Below are positions 9,647 through 19,924 of a stretch of DNA of 64,000 nt, in pieces. Under the pieces are notes generated by a model that did no database searches, was not told the origin of the DNA, and saw nothing but the letters and a program-made list of their open reading frames with translations. Origin of the DNA: Thermodesulfobacteriota bacterium (GTDB taxonomy: Bacteria > Desulfobacterota_D > UBA1144 > Nemesobacterales > Nemesobacteraceae); the NCBI GenBank assembly GCA_965202785.1, contig OZ241855.1, forward strand, positions 1,472,001 through 1,536,000, written 5' to 3'. Each line of letters starts with the position of its first letter. The first letter of the stretch is position 1. The translations under genes and the position numbers were made by a program.

Positions 9647-10308
9647 GCAAGGCTCTTTATGTCTTCAAGGCGGATTTCCGAAACACTTTTTCTGAACATG
9701 TCGGCCTGAGGATAATCTTCCGGGGCTATTCTCTGGTCGGGCACCCCGATGCAACGCATGCCGGCCTCTTTGGCTGACACTATACCGTTTATGGAATCTT
9801 CAATCGCAACGCATTCTTCGGGACTGACCCCGAGACGCCTTGCGGTTTCAAGGTATATGTCGGGGTGAGGCTTTCCTCTTTCCACGCAGTCTCCGGAGAC
9901 TTTTACTCTGAAAGTGCCAGAAAGAGAGAATTTCTTGAGAACAAACTCTATTACTTTCATCGGGGAGCCTGAAGCGAGAGCCGTTTTTATATGTCTCTCC
10001 GCACTTAGAATTTGAAGGATCTCGGGAATCCCGTCGACGAGTCTGAGTTCCTTTTCGTAAAGTTCGAGAAGGATCTTAAGACGGGTGCGAAGAATTTCCT
10101 CCGGGGATTCATCAAGGCCGAAAGTTTCTTTTAGAAGTTTTACGGAGTCTTTCTGGTTAAGACCCATTATCTTCTTTCTGTATTCCTTTCTGTAACTCTC
10201 GTTACCCGCAAATCCCTTTTGCTTGAGCATAATAGACTCACTTTTCTCCCAGAGGGGTTCGCTGTCTATTATGACTCCATCCATATCAAATATGACTGCT
10301 TTTATCAA
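9643..10308 (-). CDS. HAD-family phosphatase (beta-PGM/CbbY-like)
   Basis: IFDMDGVIIDSE, GKPHPDIY, IEDSINGI; start moved to TTG 10308 because the ORF-track start lies inside a terminator hairpin. Confidence 0.85.
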   Translation of the reverse strand: MIKAVIFDMDGVIIDSEPLWEKSESIMLKQKGFAGNESYRKEYRKKIMGLNQKDSVKLLKETFGLDESPEEILRTRLKILLELYEKELRLVDGIPEILQILSAERHIKTALASGSPMKVIEFVLKKFSLSGTFRVKVSGDCVERGKPHPDIYLETARRLGVSPEECVAIEDSINGIVSAKEAGMRCIGVPDQRIAPEDYPQADMFRKSVSEIRLEDIKSLA

Positions 10309-10327
10309 TGGACCGGATAGATGTTTG

Positions 10328-10361
10328 AAAACTGCCTTCCGCAAGACGACGGAAGGCAGTT
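10328..10361 (-). terminator. Intrinsic terminator of the malic enzyme gene
   Basis: Perfect 12-bp inverted repeat AACTGCCTTCCG-N8-CGGAAGGCAGTT, ending in a short U-run on the minus strand. Confidence 0.75.
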
Positions 10362-10404
10362 AACCGGAGGGTTGAGGTAATCTCGCAAAACGTTGGTTTT
10401 CTTT

Positions 10405-11673
10405 TTAGACCAGATCTTTTATCTTGTCTTCAAGAGACTTTTTATAATCATCAAGATCGATCTTGATTCTGGAAACGCCGGTTTCCATTGCGGCCTGCGC
10501 GACCGCGGCTGACTCCCATACCAGAACTCTGGGATCAAATGGTTTCGGGACTATGTAGTCCGGACCGAACTCAAATTTCTGGTTTCCGTAGGCCTCGGCC
10601 ACTTTATCCGGCACGGGCTCCTTTGCGAGCGCTGCGAGTGAGTATGCCGCAGCAACTTTCATTTCGTCGTTTATTTTTGTCGCTCTTACGTCAAGCGCTC
10701 CCCTGAAAATAAAGGGAAATCCCAGAACGTTATTCACCTGGTTCGCGAAATCGGACCGGCCCGTGGCGGTTATTACGTCGCTTCTGGCCTCTTTCGCCTC
10801 CGCGGGGAGTATTTCGGGATCGGGATTCGCCATGGCGAATATTATAGGATTTTTCGCCATGTTCTTGACGTCTTCCTGATTGATGGCTCCGCCGTTTGAG
10901 AGTCCGACAAACACATCAGCCCCGACCAGCGCGTCCCCTATGGTTCTTTTGTCCGTCTCGACAAGAAATCTTTCTTTCTGGGGGTTAAGCCCAGCGTTTC
11001 TTCCCTCGTAAATTACGCCCCTGCTGTCGCACATTATGATGTTTTCTCTTTTTGCTCCGAGTGATATGAAGAACTCGGCGCACGCGATTGCGGACGCTCC
11101 GGCGCCGTTAAACGCCATTTTGAGCTCGCTCATCTTTTTCCCGGTAATCTCACAGGCGTTAAGAAGTCCAGCGCCCGATATTATAGCGGTCCCGTGCTGA
11201 TCGTCATGAAAGACGGGTATGTCCATCTCTTCTTTCAGCTTATCTTCTATGTAGAAGCATTCAGGGGCTTTTATATCCTCGAGGTTAATACCGCCGAAAG
11301 TGGGCTCAAGGTATTTTACGGTCTTTATGAATTCATCGGGATCATCGGTATCTATTTCAATGTCGTAGGCGTCAACGTCTGCGAACTTTTTGAAAAGCAC
11401 CCCCTTTCCTTCCATTACGGGTTTCCCCGCTAGGGCGCCCAGATTTCCGAGTCCCAGTATGGCGGTGCCGTTTGAAGCTACCGCGACCAGATTTCCTCTG
11501 TTTGTGTATTCATAAGAGAGATCTTCATCCTTGTCTATTTCCCTGCAGGGCTCAGCGACTCCGGGGGAGTACGCGAGGGAAAGTTCCCAAGCCGTGTCAC
11601 AGGGCTTCGTCGGCAGGACTTCGAGTTTTCCTTTTCTACCGCTCCTATGATATTCAAGGGCGGCTTCCTTCAT
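10405..11673 (-). CDS. NAD(P)-dependent malic enzyme (MaeB-type ME domain, no PTA domain)
   Basis: [47 protein letters not shown]. Confidence 0.93.
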   Translation of the reverse strand: MKEAALEYHRSGRKGKLEVLPTKPCDTAWELSLAYSPGVAEPCREIDKDEDLSYEYTNRGNLVAVASNGTAILGLGNLGALAGKPVMEGKGVLFKKFADVDAYDIEIDTDDPDEFIKTVKYLEPTFGGINLEDIKAPECFYIEDKLKEEMDIPVFHDDQHGTAIISGAGLLNACEITGKKMSELKMAFNGAGASAIACAEFFISLGAKRENIIMCDSRGVIYEGRNAGLNPQKERFLVETDKRTIGDALVGADVFVGLSNGGAINQEDVKNMAKNPIIFAMANPDPEILPAEAKEARSDVITATGRSDFANQVNNVLGFPFIFRGALDVRATKINDEMKVAAAYSLAALAKEPVPDKVAEAYGNQKFEFGPDYIVPKPFDPRVLVWESAAVAQAAMETGVSRIKIDLDDYKKSLEDKIKDLV

Positions 11674-11737
11674 ATTTTTATCGCCTTCGCACATTTTTGG
11701 ACCGATCCTCCATCGGGTGTTTTAAAATGAAGAGTTA

Positions 11738-11765
11738 ATTATATACAGAGATAAATTTTGTGCAA
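11738..11765 (-). promoter_or_regulatory. Sigma70-like promoter of malic enzyme
   Basis: Minus strand TTGCAC-N16-TATAAT. Confidence 0.5.
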
Positions 11766-11778
11766 TTGCGCCGGTAAA

Positions 11779-11994
11779 TCAGCAGCAAGAGCAGGACGAT
11801 TGCGGGCAGCTCCCCGAATCCCCACTCTCGGAAATTTCGAGATTCCCGTTGCTGCTGCCAAGGCCGAAAGTCGAAAACTGCTTTCCGATGTTCTCCGAGT
11901 CGCAAATCGTACATTTTATGATTTCGTCTGAATCAAGCACCAGAACTTCGAATTCCTCGCCGCAATCAGAACATTCATATTCGTATAAGGGCAT
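11779..11994 (-). CDS. FmdB-family zinc ribbon protein with Cys-rich tail
   Basis: MPLYEYECSDCG...CTICDS, C-terminal SCPQSSCSCC; GGAGG SD before ATG 11994. Confidence 0.88.
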   Translation of the reverse strand: MPLYEYECSDCGEEFEVLVLDSDEIIKCTICDSENIGKQFSTFGLGSSNGNLEISESGDSGSCPQSSCSCC

Positions 11995-12025
11995 TTTTAC
12001 CTCCAATTAACCGTAACAGGTATGG

Positions 12026-12068
12026 AATTATATACTTGATTGTACGGAGGGTAATCAAGTATATAATT
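12026..12068. repeat. Perfect 16-bp inverted repeat (11-nt spacer) in a divergent promoter region
   Basis: AATTATATACTTGATT (12026-12041) / AATCAAGTATATAATT (12053-12068). Confidence 0.9.
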
Positions 12069-12198
12069 GCTGTTTTTATGCGAAGTCCAGAAAATATCTT
12101 TTACTTGCCAGCGCCGTAATAGAACATATTTTGATAACGGGGCCACCGCATCCCGTTTTTCCTGAATGCGTATCCCCGTAATTTTATATGGATCTGCC

Positions 12199-13029
12199 AT
12201 GTCGGATATAAATGAAGTTGGAGCAACAGCGTTTGCCGTAGCCTGTTACAGGGAAATGGAAAGAAATCGTGAACACCGCGTGTTCAATGACCCGTACGCC
12301 CACTGGTTTGTTACGGACGATATAAGGGAGAAGGTTGACCGGGTAACAAAAATTCTTCCGGAATCGGTTGAAATTCTCCGTTACCGCTTCTGCATACTGG
12401 ATGAAATCACAAGACGGGAGATTCAAGCCGGCATGAAACAGGTTGTCATACTCGGCTGCGGGTTTGACATGCGTTCCCTGGTCTTTCAGGCCGAGGGAGT
12501 GCGTTTCTGCGACATTGATCAGCAAGCCGTTCTGGAATTCAAGCACAAGGTTCTTGAAAGCCACGGCGTTACGCCATGCGCAAGCATACCATGCAATTAT
12601 CTTGAAGCGGACCTGCCGGAAGAACTAACCAAGGCGGGTTTTGACGTCAACTCTCCGATACTTTTTCTTTGGGAAGGAAACAGCATGTATCTTCCTCTTG
12701 AGCTGATCCACAGTTTCTTTGACAGTCTGTGTGCCAGGATTCCCTCGTTCAAAATCGCTTTTGACTACTATCCATTGAGCGTCATTAACAGGACCTACGA
12801 ATCCCCTGAGGTTGTTAGAGCAACTGATATGTTTCAAGAGACTTTCAAAGTGACCTGGGTGACCGGGTTTGATGACCTAAGCGTTTTTGAGAAGCGCCAC
12901 GGCATGAAGGTAGAGGAATCTAAGGAACTGCTGGAAGTCGGGAAACGAGTCGCCCCGGAAGCCGTAGATTCTGTTGCCGCTCTTGCCGGCGTGTACAGCT
13001 ACGGAGTCCTGGGCTACGGAGATGCGTAA
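12199..13029 (+). CDS. SAM-dependent methyltransferase, LCM/TIGR00027-like
   Basis: VGATAFAVA..R, F.DPYA, QVVILGCGFDMR, FLWEGNSMYL. Confidence 0.85.
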   Translation: MSDINEVGATAFAVACYREMERNREHRVFNDPYAHWFVTDDIREKVDRVTKILPESVEILRYRFCILDEITRREIQAGMKQVVILGCGFDMRSLVFQAEGVRFCDIDQQAVLEFKHKVLESHGVTPCASIPCNYLEADLPEELTKAGFDVNSPILFLWEGNSMYLPLELIHSFFDSLCARIPSFKIAFDYYPLSVINRTYESPEVVRATDMFQETFKVTWVTGFDDLSVFEKRHGMKVEESKELLEVGKRVAPEAVDSVAALAGVYSYGVLGYGDA

Positions 13030-13153
13030 TCCGAGATGTATGCAATCTAGATTTTGGTTGTTTCTGCTCTCTGTGCAGCGCGGGTCAGAAACATGCTGCT
13101 CCTAAAATAATCCGCATACAGAAGCTCTGTTTATGTGTGTTTCCGTAAGGCCC

Positions 13154-13909
13154 TTAAAACCTTTTCCAGAAATCTATTCCAATTGCGTCAAATATTTTCT
13201 GACCGTAGATATTTAAGTAGTGAATCTCGTTTGAAAACATCATTATTCCTATGATTACAAGTCCCGAGCCTATTGCGTACTTATAATACGGGTAATACCT
13301 TCTGACGCTTCTAAAAGATCTCATGGCGCCGTTAAACGCAAGACCGACCAGCATGAACGGTATACCGATCCCGAGTGAATAAACTGCGAGTAGCCCAACC
13401 GCGTTTAGCGTTCCTTCCACTGTGCTTGCGTAAAGGAGTATGGAACCGAGAATAGGTCCTACGCATGGCGTCCAGCCAAAGCCGAACGCCAAGCCGAGAA
13501 TATAAGTTCCGAGGAGATTTCCCCTTTCCCGAGGAAGAGAGATTTTACGTTCTTTCTCAAGAAACGGGATCTTTACGATCTCCATTACGAATATTCCGAA
13601 AAGGATTATGAATATTCCGGCTATTCTGAGTAAAAAAGTCTTGTTGCCAGAGATCATCCCCCCAAGCTGGGAGGAGAATGCGCCTAGGGAAATAAAGACG
13701 GTTGAGAATCCCAGTATGAAGATAAGACTTGGTACGACAACCCTTGAGAATTTGGGCAGGTTCCGAGTGTCTGAAAGATCCTCGTATGAAAGATGCGTTA
13801 CTACCGAAAGGTAGCCTGGCATAAGCGGAAGAATGCAGGGAGAAAGAAACGCAATCACTCCGGCGAAAAAAGAAGCAACTATTCCCACATCCAGAATTTC
13901 GGGATTCAT
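13154..13909 (-). CDS. ccdA: Cytochrome c biogenesis/thiol-redox membrane protein CcdA
   Basis: FLSPCILPLMPGY and FGWTPCVGPILGSIL motifs, multiple TM segments. Confidence 0.92.
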   Translation of the reverse strand: MNPEILDVGIVASFFAGVIAFLSPCILPLMPGYLSVVTHLSYEDLSDTRNLPKFSRVVVPSLIFILGFSTVFISLGAFSSQLGGMISGNKTFLLRIAGIFIILFGIFVMEIVKIPFLEKERKISLPRERGNLLGTYILGLAFGFGWTPCVGPILGSILLYASTVEGTLNAVGLLAVYSLGIGIPFMLVGLAFNGAMRSFRSVRRYYPYYKYAIGSGLVIIGIMMFSNEIHYLNIYGQKIFDAIGIDFWKRF

Positions 13910-14619
13910 GCCGGGTTTCTCTCCCCGTTGTTCTCGGTACGGATTTCTTGATCTTTCAAGAGAATTTGCTCCAGTCTGCGCGCGAGTTTGATGTCCCTTG
14001 TCATTATATCCTTTATGTTTATATCTTTTTCCTCATCAATATCCGAAAGTTCTCTCATGACGGCGTGGCGCAACCCATTCTCCCTCATGCGTCTTTCAGT
14101 TTCCTTAAATACTCGGAAAGTGCTCCATTGCACGTCCTGAAAAACCGCGTCCGTTTTTCTGCATAGCCCAAGGAGATAGTATCCCCCGTCAATTGCCGGC
14201 CCCAGGACCGCTTCGAATTTCCCTCCCGAAAGCAGCGAAAACGCGGTTTCCACATCTTCTTCTGTTATCATCACGCAGTCCGTGCCTATGATGACGACAT
14301 TTCTGAACCCAAGTGAAAAACACTTCGCAAACGCTTGGGACATTTTCTGCCCGAGAGATTCTCCATCCTGTACGAAGAAAAGTGCATCCCTGTCGCCTAG
14401 CCACTCAAAAATTTCCTTTTTCCTTTTCCCTGGAGTGTAGAAGAAAAAAGTTTTCCAGTTCTTCTGACCCGAGAAGGAGTCGGCGATGAAACTTGCCGTT
14501 TCACGGTAGAATTCCATGGCCCTCCGGTCACCTATGTCTTTTCCCAGACGCGTCTTTACTTTTTTCGTTTCCGGATACTTAAGAAAAACGATCAGGGCGT
14601 TATCGTTTCTTTGGGACAT
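13906..14619 (-). CDS. TIGR04282/DUF2064-family glycosyltransferase-like protein (arsenosugar-cluster associated)
   Basis: KYP...VKTRLG, LGQKM..AF, IIGTDC, VLGPAIDGGYYLLG, LSDIDE. Confidence 0.85.
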   Translation of the reverse strand: MSQRNDNALIVFLKYPETKKVKTRLGKDIGDRRAMEFYRETASFIADSFSGQKNWKTFFFYTPGKRKKEIFEWLGDRDALFFVQDGESLGQKMSQAFAKCFSLGFRNVVIIGTDCVMITEEDVETAFSLLSGGKFEAVLGPAIDGGYYLLGLCRKTDAVFQDVQWSTFRVFKETERRMRENGLRHAVMRELSDIDEEKDINIKDIMTRDIKLARRLEQILLKDQEIRTENNGERNPA

Positions 14620-14636
14620 TCCGTAAAGCCTTGGAA

Positions 14637-15638
14637 TCAGGATATCGTCTGGCCGCCGCAACTGCTTCCGCCCCCGGCGGTGCAGCCGAAACAGTGAACA
14701 CCGAATCTTATCTTTCTCTTTGTTGCTTGCCGAAGGTCGAAATTGAATATGGTCAGTCCTCCGTTCCCGTTTCGGGCCTGCATCTCAAGCATCTGGTTAA
14801 AGTCGCAGTCGTAGATTTTTCCGTCGTAACTTACGCTTAGAAGGTTTCGGCACATTATGCCGTCGACCGCTTTGGGGTTGAAGGCGTTTACGAGTTTTTC
14901 AATGTATTCCTCGTAGGCGTTCTGTCTTTTCAGCTCCTTTTCGAACCTGTTGATCGGCATATTGGTAATGGTATATAGGTTATCGAACCGTATCCCGTAG
15001 TTCTTTTTGAGTTTCGCCTTAAAGTCCGCTTCAAGGCTCCTCTGGTCCGGGGGAAGAAAAGTCCCGACGGGGTTGTATACCAGATTTAGCTTAAGCTCTC
15101 CGTCTCCGTAGCCTTCTCGGTTAAGCATCCTGAGTGATTCTATGCTTTTTTCGAAAACCCCTTTCCCCCTCTGCTTGTCCGTGAAGTAGCTGCTGTAATA
15201 TGGAAGCGAGGATATGACCTCGACGCGGTTCTCAGCGAAAAACCTCGGTATGTACGTTTTTTCCTCTCCCGTCCGGGGGTTCCCGTCGAGAGTGACGGTC
15301 AGGTTGTGTCTTACCATCACGTGTTTGCCAAGACTTCTGGCTTCCCTTACGAAGTAGTCAAAATGGGGGTTTAGCTCCGGAGCTCCTCCGGTCAGGTCAA
15401 GGTTTTTTATGCAGTCGTTTTCGCCCAGTATTTCAAGACATCTCTCTACGCCCTCAATGCTCATCTGCTCACTTCTCCAGGGCGAAGCATCCACGTGACA
15501 GTGAGTGCAGGTCTGGTTGCAGAGCTTTGTTATGTTTACCTGCAGGGTTTCAACCGTAATGGGGTCGATATCGAGACCTTGGTCGATCAGTTTGCGGGAA
15601 AAACTATGATTGCTTGTCTTCATTTCTTCTTGGGCCAT
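14637..15638 (-). CDS. arsS: Arsenosugar biosynthesis radical SAM protein ArsS-like (TIGR04167/DUF3641)
   Basis: CNQTCTHC cluster motif, DLTGGAPELN, YDCDFNQML, C-terminal HCFGCTAGGGSSCGG. Confidence 0.88.
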   Translation of the reverse strand: MAQEEMKTSNHSFSRKLIDQGLDIDPITVETLQVNITKLCNQTCTHCHVDASPWRSEQMSIEGVERCLEILGENDCIKNLDLTGGAPELNPHFDYFVREARSLGKHVMVRHNLTVTLDGNPRTGEEKTYIPRFFAENRVEVISSLPYYSSYFTDKQRGKGVFEKSIESLRMLNREGYGDGELKLNLVYNPVGTFLPPDQRSLEADFKAKLKKNYGIRFDNLYTITNMPINRFEKELKRQNAYEEYIEKLVNAFNPKAVDGIMCRNLLSVSYDGKIYDCDFNQMLEMQARNGNGGLTIFNFDLRQATKRKIRFGVHCFGCTAGGGSSCGGQTIS

Positions 15639-15701
15639 GACGTATCCTTCGAGGGCTTCCGTTAGCTTGTTCCGTGGCAGTTTTTCTTCCCGTTTGTGTC
15701 T

Positions 15702-16037
15702 CTAGAGGGCACGGTTTTTTTTCAGCGTGTTGTGCATCTGGATTGCATGGATGAGCTTTATGCCGGCCGACATTGAGGCGGCGACATGTACGGCTTCAGT
15801 CATCTGCTCCGGGTCCGCTCCCGTCTCTAGGCACTGCGTAGTGTATGCGTCTATGCAGTAAGGACATTTTTCGGTATGAGCCACGGCCAGGGCTATGAGA
15901 GCTTTTTCCCTTTTCGTAAGCGCCCCTTCCTCAGCCGTTGCGGAGTTGTAGTACTCGAAAAACTTGTCCATGAGATCTTCTCTGAACTCCCCGATCTCGG
16001 GAAATCTCTTGAGATCTTCGGGGTTATAATAATCCAT
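15702..16037 (-). CDS. Arsenosugar-associated peroxidase-like protein (AhpD/CMD, TIGR04169-like)
   Basis: YYNPEDLKRF, EGALTKREKALIALAVAH..KCPYCIDAY; next to arsS. Confidence 0.85.
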   Translation of the reverse strand: MDYYNPEDLKRFPEIGEFREDLMDKFFEYYNSATAEEGALTKREKALIALAVAHTEKCPYCIDAYTTQCLETGADPEQMTEAVHVAASMSAGIKLIHAIQMHNTLKKNRAL

Positions 16038-16135
16038 CTTTCTTTTTCTCCCGTTTGCGTGTTATTCGCAGACTCTTTGTATAGGCTTCTTCCGACAGTA
16101 AAATACCATAATATCTCACGAATCGGGAAAACGGA

Positions 16136-16807
16136 ATGATAAGAGCGGTCATATTCGATTTTGACGGAGTTATAGTCGACAGCGAGCCCCTTCATCTGAG
16201 AGCTTTTCAGAGGACAGTGGAAACCCTGGGGTTAAAGCTCTCGACCACCGACTATTACTTGCGGTACCTTGCCTGCGATGACAAAAGCTTTTTCAGGAGG
16301 TTCCTTGAGGATAACGGACAGCGGTACACGGAGCGGGAAATTGCCCGGCTTGTCAAAGAAAAAGGAATCTGTTTTGAGGAGATGATGGGGGAGGGCATAA
16401 GAGTTTTTCCCGGGGTCGTTGAGTTTCTTGAGGCCATCCGGGGCAAATTTCATGTGGCGATAGGTTCCGGCGCGTTAACCGAGGAAATCAATCTCATACT
16501 AAGGAGCAAAAATCTTTCCGAGTTTTTCGGTTTTGTAATAGGAGCCGATGATACGGAGAACCCGAAGCCCTCCCCCGAGGTCTACCTTAAATGCCTCGAG
16601 AGGATCAGAAGAGATTACGACGGCGCCATAACTGCCGCCCAGTGTGTTGTGTTTGAAGATTCTCCCCACGGCGTTTTAGCGGCCAAGAGGGCCGGAATGA
16701 GATGCGTCGGTATTTCTAACTCGTGTTCCGGCGATGAACTTGGGCTTGCCGACAGAGTTGCGGAAAGCTTTTCTGAAATCATCGACAATTTCCCCGAAAT
16801 GTTCTAG
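16136..16807 (+). CDS. HAD-family phosphatase
   Basis: IFDFDGVIVDSE, KPSPEVY, FEDSPHGV. Confidence 0.88.
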   Translation: MIRAVIFDFDGVIVDSEPLHLRAFQRTVETLGLKLSTTDYYLRYLACDDKSFFRRFLEDNGQRYTEREIARLVKEKGICFEEMMGEGIRVFPGVVEFLEAIRGKFHVAIGSGALTEEINLILRSKNLSEFFGFVIGADDTENPKPSPEVYLKCLERIRRDYDGAITAAQCVVFEDSPHGVLAAKRAGMRCVGISNSCSGDELGLADRVAESFSEIIDNFPEMF

Positions 16808-16839
16808 ACAGGAACCTGTTCTAATATCGATACACCAAC

Positions 16840-16868
16840 TTGAGACCGTATAGCGGTAGTGGTATATT
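16840..16868 (+). promoter_or_regulatory. Sigma70-like promoter of katG
   Basis: TTGAGA-N17-TATATT with extended TG; spacer contains ACCG..CGGT dyad. Confidence 0.55.
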
Positions 16869-16947
16869 TTCTGCTCGAATGCGTGGGGCAAACTCGTTAT
16901 TGAGTTCACTGTGTTTCCATGCGTTCACATAAATCCCGATTTCCTAA

Positions 16948-19167
<2,220 letters not shown>

Positions 19168-19249
19168 TCTCGGATCAGGGAAAAATCAAAACTGCAGGGC
19201 AACGGGCGCCGTTTTAATATCGAGGTTTTTGCATTTATAATCTGATACC

Positions 19250-19909
19250 ATGAGCGGGAAGCTGTTTGTGATATCCGGTCCGTCGGGAAGCGGGAAAACA
19301 ACGATTGTCACCCGTGTTCTGTCAAATGTGGAAAACCTCCGTTTCTCTATTTCTTACACAACAAGATCAATGCGCGCGGGGGAGGTCCGCGGAGAGCACT
19401 ACGAGTTTGTTTCCAGAGAAGAATTCCAGGACATGATCGGGCAGGATTTCTTTGCCGAGTGGGCGGAGGTGCACGGAAACTTTTACGGCACGCCGAGGGC
19501 TGAAATAGAAAAATGGATCGAAACGGGTGTTGACGTCATTCTGGACATAGATGTTCAGGGAGCAAGAAGGCTGAGGGGCGTGTTTGACGATGCGGTCTTT
19601 ATATTTGTTGTCCCGCCGTCTCTCGAGATCCTTGAGCAAAGGCTAAGGGACAGAGAATCGGAAGAAGAGGGGGACATTTCCATTCGTCTCGGGATTGCCA
19701 AGGAGGAGGTAGCCTGCTCGAAGTGCTATGATTATATTATAATTAATGATGAGGCCGATATTGCGGCTAGGAGAATCGAGGCTGTTATCCTTTCGCAAAA
19801 ACAAGGGGATAGTGAAGATTCCCGCCAGCGGATGCTCGCCGCTACTCGGGACTCGAGAACGGAAAATGTTTATGGCCCCGTTTTTCTCAGGAAATTCGGC
19901 CTTAAGTGA
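19250..19909 (+). CDS. gmk: Guanylate kinase
   Basis: SGPSGSGKT, SYTTR, EWAEVHGNFYGT, LDIDVQGA. Confidence 0.96.
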   Translation: MSGKLFVISGPSGSGKTTIVTRVLSNVENLRFSISYTTRSMRAGEVRGEHYEFVSREEFQDMIGQDFFAEWAEVHGNFYGTPRAEIEKWIETGVDVILDIDVQGARRLRGVFDDAVFIFVVPPSLEILEQRLRDRESEEEGDISIRLGIAKEEVACSKCYDYIIINDEADIAARRIEAVILSQKQGDSEDSRQRMLAATRDSRTENVYGPVFLRKFGLK

Positions 19910-19924
19910 GGTGTTCGCGCTGCT

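Noticed and set aside
10309-10344. ORF-track N-terminal extension of the HAD gene
   Set aside because: Overlaps the malic enzyme terminator; TTG 10308 gives a typical HAD start
14637-14700. Possible selenocysteine in the ArsS C-terminal GSS(C/U)GG motif
   Set aside because: Codon is TGC (Cys); no in-frame TGA
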